13,765 bases of DNA, taken from contig JAZJZK010000006.1 of the NCBI GenBank assembly GCA_040389905.1, forward strand, positions 202,200 through 215,964, read 5' to 3'. The notes under the pieces were generated by a model that saw nothing but the letters and a program-made list of their open reading frames with translations, was not told the origin of the DNA and did no database searches. This document shows positions 1 through 9,444 of this stretch, piece after piece; the stretch's first letter is position 1; every line of letters starts with the position of its first letter. The translations under genes were made by a program, and so were the position numbers. This stretch comes from Gemmatimonadota bacterium. Its GTDB lineage: Bacteria > Gemmatimonadota > Gemmatimonadetes > Gemmatimonadales > Gemmatimonadaceae.

Positions 1-61
1 TACGCCGTTGATCCTACGCCGTTGATCCTACGCCGTTGATCCTACGCCGTTGATCGTACGC
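1..61. repeat. 14-bp tandem repeat (TACGCCGTTGATCC), probably truncated by the window edge
   Basis: Perfect units at 1-14, 15-28 and 29-42; unit 43-56 has one mismatch (ends GATCG); partial TACGC at 57-61. Confidence 0.95.
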
Positions 62-133
62 AGTGCCGTTTCTGCAGGTACGACGCATTTCATCGTGTAC
101 CGCGGGCGCACGCCGACTACATTAGTTTACGTT

Positions 134-149
134 AGGCACGAACGCCGCC
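134..149 (+). promoter_or_regulatory. possible sigma-54 (-24/-12) promoter for the PEP-CTERM gene
   Basis: AGGCACGAACGCCGC has GG(135-136)-N10-GC(147-148) spacing and a good GGCAC -24 box, but the -12 box is CCGC rather than TTGC. Confidence 0.2.
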
Positions 150-164
150 GACGATGTTTCACAA

Positions 165-1256
165 TTGACAACGCTGCGACCGATGATCTCCACTGGTTTT
201 TCTCTCGGTCGCCCAGCGCGGGGCTGCATCCGCGCGGCCGTGTTGGTGGCCATGCTCGCGCCGCCGGCCGCCGCGCAGTTCGCATACGTGCGCAATCTGG
301 ACTTTGGCAACAGTCTCCCGACCTACATAATTCCGGTAGTGAAATCGCCGGTGGTCCCAGGTCAGGCTGGCGCCAGCAATCTCCAGTGGCTCCTTGCGAC
401 CGCAGGATATGGGGCATTCGACCCTGCCGACGGGTTCGTGAGCTACTCCACGATCACGGGTCTGGGGTTCGGCGCTGGTTCCGAAGCGACGATTACTGGT
501 GGCGTTTTCACGGTGACCGGCAGCAGAAATTCGCTCGTCACCCTTGATCCAACAACACTCGCATTTTCCACAGCGACGGTCTCGGGAATTGCTCCGCCGA
601 CGACCGCGTCGTCACTGGCAGCGAGCCGCTCTGGAGCGCTGACTGCCATGAGCAATGCCGCGGTCGGGTATACGATCAGCCCCACCCGGACAGCGACTGT
701 CGCGTTTGGCAATCTTGGAACGGGCAATGGTGACGGTCAGTTCGACAACGCCCTCTACCACATCTACGGACAGAACGACCTGCTGTACGTTCTCGATTAC
801 GGCAACAGCCGAGTGCAGATGCTCGATCCCGCCAACGGCTTCGCGTACACTGGGCAATTCGCGCTGGAAAGCGGTGTCACCACGGCCAACATGCAGTTCG
901 CCATCGGTCCCGATGGCACGGTCTACCTGGGCGACGGGCAGGGCGGCGGCTCGGCCTACTCGCAGTACGGCACCTACCTTGGGTCCTTTTCACTTCCCGG
1001 TGACGCGAACCAGCCGGTGTTCTCAGGTGGCACGCCGTATGTGACCACCGATGACAGCGGTGGCGTCTATGTCTTCGACGGCACCGGCTTCCACCAGTAC
1101 GAGAACACCGCCACCCCAGAGCCGTCGAGCCTCGTGCTCCTCGCGACTGCTGGCTTGATCGGCGTGGTCGTCCAAACACGCCGCAAGCGCGCGCGTCTCA
1201 GCGCGCCGGCACATTTAAGCGCAACAATGCGCGCCGGCACACAGAACGCGGATTGA
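165..1256 (+). CDS. PEP-CTERM sorting-domain surface protein with NHL/beta-propeller-like repeats
   Basis: Signal peptide (AAVLVAMLAPPAAA-Q); NHL-like segment FGNLGTGNGDGQFDN...LYVLDYGNSRVQ; C-terminal TPEPSSLVLLATAGLIGVVVQTRRKRAR (PEP, TM helix, basic cluster). Start may be ATG 183 rather than TTG 165. Confidence 0.9.
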   Translation: MTTLRPMISTGFSLGRPARGCIRAAVLVAMLAPPAAAQFAYVRNLDFGNSLPTYIIPVVKSPVVPGQAGASNLQWLLATAGYGAFDPADGFVSYSTITGLGFGAGSEATITGGVFTVTGSRNSLVTLDPTTLAFSTATVSGIAPPTTASSLAASRSGALTAMSNAAVGYTISPTRTATVAFGNLGTGNGDGQFDNALYHIYGQNDLLYVLDYGNSRVQMLDPANGFAYTGQFALESGVTTANMQFAIGPDGTVYLGDGQGGGSAYSQYGTYLGSFSLPGDANQPVFSGGTPYVTTDDSGGVYVFDGTGFHQYENTATPEPSSLVLLATAGLIGVVVQTRRKRARLSAPAHLSATMRAGTQNAD

Positions 1257-1410
1257 GCGGACCGAAAAGAAGAAAAAGGATCAAGCATCAAGCATGAACA
1301 CGAAATGCATTGTTCTTGAAGGGTCCATGGGCGCGCCACTTCTGTCGCGCCTCACTGAGAGATGAGTGCTTTGCTGTTCAGATCCGCTCAATCCGCGTTC
1401 AATGTGCCGG
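1234..1410. repeat. inverted-repeat-bounded element (MITE/REP-like) with 28-bp arms
   Basis: 1234-1261 CCGGCACACAGAACGCGGATTGAGCGGA versus reverse complement of 1383-1410 CCGGCACATTGAACGCGGATTGAGCGGA: 26/28 identical. Confidence 0.8.
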
Positions 1411-1443
1411 TCGGCGCAGTCGTCCAGCCCGGTCCGCGCTGAA

Positions 1444-1920
1444 CTAAGGCTGTAATCGGACCTCGAGTTCGTGTACCCGAGAAGCCGGAACGCGAAGCAG
1501 TTTCTGACCTCCAAAGCCCGTCACGCGCAGTATCGCCGGTCCTTGGTGGAATCGTGCGAGAATCTCGGGGGTGATGATCACAGTCGGTGTGTACCGAAAG
1601 ACTCGCGGATCGAGGCCACTGATCCTGTTGACGCTCGCGCGCTGCTCGAGCAGGACTTCACGATGCGCGTCCTGCACGAGTTCGAGGCGGATTCGGTTAT
1701 GGGTCTCGCCGGACGCAACGACATCGTAGCCGACCGTGGCGCCGGGAACGAGCACGAGCGAGTTGGCGCGTGCTTCGATGTGCAGAATCTGCCGGATCCT
1801 GCGGTACATGCTCCACGAAAAGGAAACGGCATAGATGCAGGCGGCCGCAATGCACGCGCGACGTACAAAACGTACGACGTGTGATTCGCGACGGGCCATC
1901 TCCGTTGTGAAATCCTTCAT
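1444..1920 (-). CDS. hypothetical protein with N-terminal membrane anchor and a predicted beta-rich soluble domain
   Basis: 158-aa ORF with ATG and an upstream GAGG; hydrophobic stretch ACIAAACIYAVSFSWSMY; 48 bp downstream of the FHA gene on the same strand. Confidence 0.7.
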   Translation of the reverse strand: MKDFTTEMARRESHVVRFVRRACIAAACIYAVSFSWSMYRRIRQILHIEARANSLVLVPGATVGYDVVASGETHNRIRLELVQDAHREVLLEQRASVNRISGLDPRVFRYTPTVIITPEILARFHQGPAILRVTGFGGQKLLRVPASRVHELEVRLQP

Positions 1921-1968
1921 AGACCCGACCTCAGTGTTCGACGCTGGTCAGATAAGAGAAGCTCACGA

Positions 1969-3000
1969 CTACCGTCCGTTGACTCCTTCCTTCTCCGCCG
2001 CCTCGTCGACGTCCTTCTTCAACTCCGCGAGGTCGTCGCTGATGCGATCGATCTTCTGCGCGGGGATGACCGACGCCGGAACCGGTTCGATGTCGTGACG
2101 GAAGGAGGGAACATCGTTCGTCTTGTCGGATGCGAGCAGGCCGATCACGACGGAGATTCCAAGGACCGCACCGGACGTGATCCACCCCGTGCGCCAACGC
2201 TTCCGGTGCGTCGACACGCCCGCGATAGCGAGATGCGCGGACACCAGCGCTGCCAGCAGCGCGAGGAAGCATCCTCCAAGGAACACGTCCACCACGCCTG
2301 ACGTGGGGAACAGGAAGTCGACCAATGTGGAGACACGCGTGGCGATGATCGCGAAAACAGCCATCAATGCTGTGACGGCATAATTCGCAAAGAGTGTGGG
2401 GCGACGCGCATGCGCTCGGGTTGCCATCGTCCAGATACCGGCCCACACAAACTGGAAACCGACCATCGCCAGTATTGCCGCCAGGACAGCGGACGTGCCG
2501 TTCCTGCTGTAGTCGTCGAGCCACGCGACCACGCCACCGATGAGAAGCTCGGTACCTACAATAAGAAACCGGCCACGCGTCGAGCGAATGACATTGCCGA
2601 CTCGCTGTTCAAAGCGTTCGAGACGGCCGATGGAGACGGGCGGTTGCGACGTGAGCATCGCGACGACGTCGGCTTGCTTCTCGCGGATGGCCGGGGCGAC
2701 GGCTTCGTCGACGTCACGAAAATGGAATGTGGTGCGTCCGACATGCACGATGGTTCCGGGCGTGATCGCGATCAATTGCGCACTCGAATCGCCCAGACGA
2801 AGGCCATTCACGCTTCCGAGGTCCTCCAACGCGAGCGTGCCATCTTCGTTCACGCGGAGATGCGCGTGATGCGCATCGGCATAGGGATCGTCGAGGATGA
2901 TGTCGTTGGACAACGCGCGTCCAACGGTGAGCGGCGAACCGTCGAGACGCCGGCGCGTGACGCCACCGCTCGCGTCCCGAATCTCGAGCATCAATGCCAT
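1969..3000 (-). CDS. FHA-domain integral membrane protein (about 5 TM helices)
   Basis: FHA motifs LTVGRALSNDIILDDP...HHAHL...LEDLGSVNG; about five hydrophobic helices; charged helical C-terminal tail; start overlaps the protease stop. Confidence 0.9.
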   Translation of the reverse strand: MALMLEIRDASGGVTRRRLDGSPLTVGRALSNDIILDDPYADAHHAHLRVNEDGTLALEDLGSVNGLRLGDSSAQLIAITPGTIVHVGRTTFHFRDVDEAVAPAIREKQADVVAMLTSQPPVSIGRLERFEQRVGNVIRSTRGRFLIVGTELLIGGVVAWLDDYSRNGTSAVLAAILAMVGFQFVWAGIWTMATRAHARRPTLFANYAVTALMAVFAIIATRVSTLVDFLFPTSGVVDVFLGGCFLALLAALVSAHLAIAGVSTHRKRWRTGWITSGAVLGISVVIGLLASDKTNDVPSFRHDIEPVPASVIPAQKIDRISDDLAELKKDVDEAAEKEGVNGR

Positions 3001-4292
3001 GTGATCATCCCCAAGTATCGGCGCGAGAGGCGATCAAGATTCGCGAAGGTGACGCCCGACATGGTGAGGGTCGACACGAGGCCGGCCTTGCCAGCGCCGA
3101 GCACCGCGACCTTGAGCACGCCGTCGTAGAGCTCGCCGAGCTTGCGATACCGGCGTACGCACAAGATGGCGCGTTGCTTCGTGGCACCGTTCGCGACGTT
3201 GCGCGCCTTGCACTTCCACGGCGTCACATACTCTTCGTCGCCCGAACTGAAATCGTGGCGGCCGAGCCGTTCGCTATAGAGCGACATGAAGCGGAACGCA
3301 TTCAACTCCTGTGACGTGAGCAGCTGATGCGTTACACTGACCGAACCAGTCGTCTGATCCTCGCTGAGATAGATCTCATCGTCTGTTTCGCATGAGTGGC
3401 GGGCCGACTGAAATGCGAGTTCCCGCGCGGGACTGGCGTCGCCCCAACACCGGAAGAAAGGCGCCGGCTGCGTGATGACGTGAAACGGACCGAATGCAAT
3501 CTTCTGCGTCGACGAATCGAACATGTTCCGGAGATAGACATCCTGGTACTCCCGGAGTTGCAGCCCGACTTGTGCGAGTGACGGGCTCCGTTTCCCGTCG
3601 GTCGCCAGCGCTTTCGCGAGGAGCGCGACGACGCGATCAGCGGGAACGAGGAAACTGAGCTGGTTGCCGGCGGTCGACACGTTTACACCGATGACATGTC
3701 CTGACTCGTCGATGGTGGGGCCACCGCTCATGCCCGGATTCAAGGAGCCGGTGAAATGGATGTGCGGATAGAGTGTGTGAAGGAGGAGGCCGTTGTTCGT
3801 CCCTTCGACGATGCTGAGGCCGAGGTCTCGCGGATGGCCGAGCGCAAAAAGACGGTCGCCCTGTGCGATCGGTGTAACGGCAGGCGTGAAATACGACGGT
3901 GAGGCGAGCCCGGACGAAAGGATGGCGAGATCGTGCACGACGTCGATCGCAATCACCTTCACTTTCTTCGCCGTCCCCGTTGAGTCGATCAACTCGGCGC
4001 GGTAACGCTCTGGCGCGTTGATGAGACTCGAGATCACGTGATAATTCGTGACGACGTGGCCACGGCCGGTTACAAAGAATCCCGAGCCGATCGTCGACTT
4101 CGCCGAGGAGCCGGTCTCGATGACCTGGATCTTCACCACGTGGTTCGCGAACGTGCGAAATACCTGGGCCGTTGCGGCCGATTGCTGGGCAGAAAGAGAG
4201 CGGAGCGGTGGACCGAGGAGCGCCAAGAGGAGAAGCACTCGCGGGGGGCGACGCATACGTGCGGCGAAAGTCAGCATGGGTGAAAATAGCAT
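2991..4292 (-). CDS. exported trypsin-like (S1/Trypsin_2) serine protease with a Cys-containing C-terminal domain and no recognisable PDZ
   Basis: GSGFFV, VTNYHV (His), DLAIL (Asp), NPGMSGGP (Ser); signal peptide RRPPRVLLLLALLGPPLRSLSA-Q. True start may be ATG 4277 or 4256. Confidence 0.92.
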   Translation of the reverse strand: MLFSPMLTFAARMRRPPRVLLLLALLGPPLRSLSAQQSAATAQVFRTFANHVVKIQVIETGSSAKSTIGSGFFVTGRGHVVTNYHVISSLINAPERYRAELIDSTGTAKKVKVIAIDVVHDLAILSSGLASPSYFTPAVTPIAQGDRLFALGHPRDLGLSIVEGTNNGLLLHTLYPHIHFTGSLNPGMSGGPTIDESGHVIGVNVSTAGNQLSFLVPADRVVALLAKALATDGKRSPSLAQVGLQLREYQDVYLRNMFDSSTQKIAFGPFHVITQPAPFFRCWGDASPARELAFQSARHSCETDDEIYLSEDQTTGSVSVTHQLLTSQELNAFRFMSLYSERLGRHDFSSGDEEYVTPWKCKARNVANGATKQRAILCVRRYRKLGELYDGVLKVAVLGAGKAGLVSTLTMSGVTFANLDRLSRRYLGMITWH

Positions 4293-4434
4293 CGGCGCGC
4301 TGCGGTCGATCGGCGGGAGGTCTGACTTTAGCGGGCGATCCCCTCAAACACCTCCGCGACTTCGCATCGACATCCGGGAAGGACCTCGATCGGATGCACG
4401 AGGAATTCGTCGGGCGTCATCAGCATCACGCTGC

Positions 4435-6254
<1,820 letters not shown>

Positions 6255-6273
6255 GCAGATCCCGGACACAAGC

Positions 6274-6310
6274 ATCGGTGATGCTTCACTTTCGATGAAG
6301 CGTCACCGGT
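6274..6310 (+). terminator. stem-loop downstream of the esterase (possible terminator or mRNA-stabilising hairpin)
   Basis: ATCGGTGATGCTTCA / loop CTTTCGA / TGAAGCGTCACCGGT forms a 15-bp stem with two G-U pairs; there is no long U tract. Confidence 0.45.
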
Positions 6311-6329
6311 TCCAGGGAGGAGGCCGCGT

Positions 6330-6541
6330 ATGAGCCATGTCATCGTCGTCATCGGCGTCGGTCAAATCGGCCAGGCCATCGCGCGACGGGTCGGGGTCGG
6401 AAAGCACGTGGTGTTGGCGGGCAATCGCCCAGAGAACGCGGCGGCGGCGGCCGAAGTGATGGAGGTTTCGTCACGGGCAGTGACATCCTGATGGATGGTG
6501 GTGTGACCGCCGCATACTGGTATGGCGAACTTGCGCCTTGA
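6330..6541 (+). pseudogene. SDR-family oxidoreductase pseudogene with a large internal deletion
   Basis: Strong RBS GGAGGAGG; MSHVIVVIGVGQIGQAIARRVGVGKHVVLA...NAAAAAEVME (Rossmann start) fused out of frame near 6464 to the SDR C-terminus FVTGSDILMDGGVTAAYWYGELAP*. Not in the ORF track. Confidence 0.88.
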
Positions 6542-6679
6542 GCTTGAGCACGAGCTTGAACGTGAGCCGTCAGCGGGAGCGCGAGCGTGAGCGTGAGCCT
6601 CCAGCAATGAGCAACTCAGAGCTCGAGCATGAGCTCCTCTGAGCTTGAGCGCGAGCTACTCAGGGCTCGGGCCTGAGCC
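6539..6679. repeat. low-complexity tract of degenerate 6-bp NNGAGC units
   Basis: About 16 GAGC cores, mostly at about 6-bp periodicity (TTGAGC, ACGAGC, GTGAGC, GCGAGC); the second half has self-complementary CTCAGAG...CTCTGAG segments. Confidence 0.8.
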
Positions 6680-6682
6680 ACC

Positions 6683-6751
6683 GGTGCGATGAATGATCGC
6701 GAGGCGATAAAGGTTATGATCACTTTCAGACCACAGGAGGACTTGGAATGA
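6683..6751 (+). pseudogene. 3'-terminal remnant of a zinc-dependent alcohol dehydrogenase (MDR)
   Basis: Translates [22 protein letters not shown], resembling the MDR C-terminal 'Y.AM..R.AIK' motif; its TGA overlaps the cupin ATG (ATGA). Confidence 0.55.
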
Positions 6752-7152
6752 AGATTACTCGTGTCGGATCGCAGCCGTCGGCGAAGGGACCAGCGGACTG
6801 GTTCACCGGCACGGTGCGCATCGATCCGCTCTTTCCCGTCAACGTGCCTGCTCGCGCAGCGGGAAACGTGGTCACCTTCGAACCGGGCGCCCGCACAGCG
6901 TGGCACACACATCCACTTGGCCAGACGCTGATTGTGACCTTCGGCTTGGGCTTCGTGCAGCGCGACGGTGGGCCGATCGAAGAGATACGCCCGGGTGATG
7001 TGGTCTGGTTCGAGCCTGAGGAGAAGCACTGGCATGGCGCGTCACCGAACAACGCCATGACGCACATCGCCATTCAAGAAGCGTTGGAGGGAAAGGCTGT
7101 TGATTGGATGGAGAAGGTGAGCGACGAGCAGTACCAAACGAGTTCAGCGTGA
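6748..7152 (+). CDS. cupin_2 protein, hydroxynitrile-lyase (GtHNL)-like metal-binding cupin
   Basis: [51 protein letters not shown]...[14 protein letters not shown]; ligands H53, H55, Q59 and H94 present. Confidence 0.95.
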   Translation: MKITRVGSQPSAKGPADWFTGTVRIDPLFPVNVPARAAGNVVTFEPGARTAWHTHPLGQTLIVTFGLGFVQRDGGPIEEIRPGDVVWFEPEEKHWHGASPNNAMTHIAIQEALEGKAVDWMEKVSDEQYQTSSA

Positions 7153-7180
7153 GTAGAGGGGCAAATGGAGAGCAATACCG

Positions 7181-8143
7181 CTATTCGCGTGCGCCGGAAG
7201 CCGCGTCACGCATTCGTTGCGCATCGCGGCGCGGCGGCTCGCCGAACAACCGAACGTACTCCCGACTGAACTGCGAGGCGCTGACGTAGCCGACCTCGCG
7301 TGCCACGGCCTCAGCGCTCGTTTCCTCCGAGAGAAGAAGTCGTCGCGCTTCCTGCAAGCGAAGGCGTTTCTGGTATTGGATCGGGCTCATTGCCACGACG
7401 GACTTGAAGTGACCGTGCAGTGCCGACGGACTCATGTTCACGCGCTTCGCCAGATCTTCGACCCTGAGTGGGGCAGCATAGTGCTGCTTGATCCATGCGA
7501 TCGCGCCCGCGACCCGCTTGAGCCGACCATCCCCGATGGCGATCTGCGCCAGTCGCCCGAACTGCTCGCTCTGGAGCAGGCGAAAGCTCAGCTCCCGTAG
7601 GATGAGCGGCGTTAGCACCGGAATTTCCTCCGGCGCGTCGAGGAGTCGCACCAAACGGAGGAACGCCTCGAGCAGTGGTGCGCGTAGCGCGCTCACGTAA
7701 AGCGCTCGTCCATCATGATCGTCGCTCGGTGCTGACCGCCCCGTCTCGACGATGAGCGCCGCGAGCTCGCGCGGATCAACGGTGAGCGTCATGCAGAGAT
7801 ACGGCTCTTCCGGACTCGCCTCGAGCACATTGCCGAGTGCTGGGAGAGAGACCGCAACGGCGAGGTATTGCGTTGGATCATAGATGTACGTCTCGTCGCC
7901 GACGATCACCTGCTTGCGACCTTGGACGACGACGTACACCGCGGGCTCCTGGAGCACTATGGCCGGCGCCGTAGGTTCTGAGAAGCGGTAAAACAGCAGC
8001 TCCGGGATCGTCGTCTCGTGCCGTCCATCCGAGCGCGTGTGTCGCGAAAGGCGTTGGACAAGCTCGTTCAGGAGAGTCGCTTCACGATCGCCTTCCGATC
8101 CGCCGTCCAACGCCGAGTTGGATCTACCAAGCGTCACTGGCAT
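7181..8143 (-). CDS. AraC-family transcriptional regulator (YqhC-like, AraC_N-type sensing domain)
   Basis: VVVQGRKQV...YDP...EASPEEPYL N-terminal domain; C-terminal HTH VEDLAKRVNMSPSALHGHFK...MSPIQYQKRLRLQEARRLL...VGYVSASQFSREYVRLFG; RBS GAGGTG. Confidence 0.95.
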   Translation of the reverse strand: MPVTLGRSNSALDGGSEGDREATLLNELVQRLSRHTRSDGRHETTIPELLFYRFSEPTAPAIVLQEPAVYVVVQGRKQVIVGDETYIYDPTQYLAVAVSLPALGNVLEASPEEPYLCMTLTVDPRELAALIVETGRSAPSDDHDGRALYVSALRAPLLEAFLRLVRLLDAPEEIPVLTPLILRELSFRLLQSEQFGRLAQIAIGDGRLKRVAGAIAWIKQHYAAPLRVEDLAKRVNMSPSALHGHFKSVVAMSPIQYQKRLRLQEARRLLLSEETSAEAVAREVGYVSASQFSREYVRLFGEPPRRDAQRMRDAASGARE

Positions 8144-8164
8144 CCCTGTCTTTCACCTCGGTCC

Positions 8165-8204
8165 GAGGTACAGACCCCTCGACTCGCTCGCTCGGGGTGA
8201 CAAT
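8165..8204 (+). repeat. REP-like palindromic element, copy 1
   Basis: GAGGTACAGACCCCTCGACTCGCTCGCTCGGGGTGACAAT, nearly identical to 9334-9379 and 9492-9537. Confidence 0.88.
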
Positions 8205-8252
8205 TGCTGCCACGCACGATACACCCGCTCGAACCATAGCTCCAGCAATACA

Positions 8253-8412
8253 GAGGATTAGGCAAGAACAGGCGACCTTTCGGCAGGGAACTCCAGAGCC
8301 ACTGGTCATAGCTTCCTCCACGCGAAACACGAGAAAGCATGAATCGACACGCGAACGCAGTCGCGGGAGCCGCCTCACGCGACCATCAGGCGATCTCGGG
8401 AATAGGCAATAA
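8253..8412 (+). promoter_or_regulatory. putative AraC/YqhC-type operator repeats in the divergent promoter
   Basis: GGATTAGGCAAGAA (8255-8268) and GGAATAGGCAATAA (8399-8412) are 12/14 identical; a weaker GGCA half-site lies 21 bp after the first (8282). Confidence 0.5.
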
Positions 8413-8435
8413 CCTTTCAGTTGGAAGGACGAACG

Positions 8436-9281
8436 ATGACTATCAAGAAAGTCTGGCTCATTACCGGAGCAGCCCGCGGGATGGGCGTCGATTTCGCGAA
8501 GGCCGCGCTCGCGGCGGGACACGCCGTCGTCGCAACGGGCCGCCGACCTGACGCCGTCAGCGCCGCACTCGGGGTCCACGATGATCTTCTCGTGAGCAAG
8601 CTCGACGTCACCAGCCTCGCCGATGCCAAGGCCACCGCCGCGGCTGCGGTCGCGCACTTCGGACACATCGACGTCGTCGTCAACAATGCCGCGAACTTTC
8701 AGGCGGGCTACTTCGAAGAGCTCACCCCAAAGCAGGTCGAGCGACAGCTCGCCACGAGCCTCATCGGGCCGATGAACGTTGCGCGCGCCGTGCTGCCCGT
8801 CATGCGGGAGAAGCGTTCGGGTCACATCATCTCGATCTCATCGAGCGCAGGGCTCGTCGGCTTTGAGTTCTGCACCGCGTACTCGGCGTCCAAGTTCGGG
8901 CTCGAGGGCTGGATGGAAGCGTTGCACGCCGAGGTCGCGCCCTTCGGCATTGCCACGACGATCGTCAATCCGGGCTTTTTCCGCACGGAACTTCTGACAG
9001 AGGAGTCGACGCAGTATGCGGAGACTTCCATCGAGGACTACGCGGTGCGCACCGCAGCGCAACAGGCGTTCTGGAAATCGCAAAACGGCAAACAGGGCGG
9101 CGATCCGGCGAAGCTCGCGAAGGCGGTAATCACAATCGCTGCGGAATCGCCACCGCCGCGACGCTTCATCGCGGGTGCCGACTCCATAGCCACCGCCGAA
9201 CAGAAGGTGGCCGAGCTACGAGCACAGATCGATGCGTATCGCGCGCTGTCGTCGTCGCTAGCCTTCGAGGAGCTTCGGTGA
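8436..9281 (+). CDS. short-chain dehydrogenase/reductase (SDR)
   Basis: RBS GGAAGGA then ATG 8436; KVWLITGAARGMG, IDVVVNNAA, ISSSAG, catalytic YSASK, VNPGFFRT, GDPAKLA. Confidence 0.95.
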   Translation: MTIKKVWLITGAARGMGVDFAKAALAAGHAVVATGRRPDAVSAALGVHDDLLVSKLDVTSLADAKATAAAAVAHFGHIDVVVNNAANFQAGYFEELTPKQVERQLATSLIGPMNVARAVLPVMREKRSGHIISISSSAGLVGFEFCTAYSASKFGLEGWMEALHAEVAPFGIATTIVNPGFFRTELLTEESTQYAETSIEDYAVRTAAQQAFWKSQNGKQGGDPAKLAKAVITIAAESPPPRRFIAGADSIATAEQKVAELRAQIDAYRALSSSLAFEELR

Positions 9282-9333
9282 TCTGATCGCGCGTAAGACC
9301 ACTTTCGATCGTACGACGCAAGTAGTCTGGATT

Positions 9334-9379
9334 GAGGTGCAGACCCCTCGACTCGCTGCGCTCGCTCGGGGTGACAATC
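9334..9379 (+). repeat. REP-like palindromic element, copy 2
   Basis: GAGGTGCAGACCCCTCGACTCGCTGCGCTCGCTCGGGGTGACAATC. Confidence 0.9.
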
Positions 9380-9444
9380 CTCGAATTGGCAGTGTCAGGA
9401 CAGGAGCTAGCCTGGTGATAGGCTCAATACGGTTCAGATAGGAC

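Noticed and set aside
1..61. CRISPR or iteron array
   Set aside because: Head-to-tail 14-mers without spacers, and no rep or cas gene in the window.
6616..7073. Minus-strand ORFs 6616-7035 and 6726-7073, and other long overlapping ORFs (e.g. 2410-3129, 3637-4347, 8124-8825, 11215-12327, 12309-13160)
   Set aside because: Shadow or alternate-frame ORFs over well-supported genes in GC-rich DNA, with no recognisable motifs.
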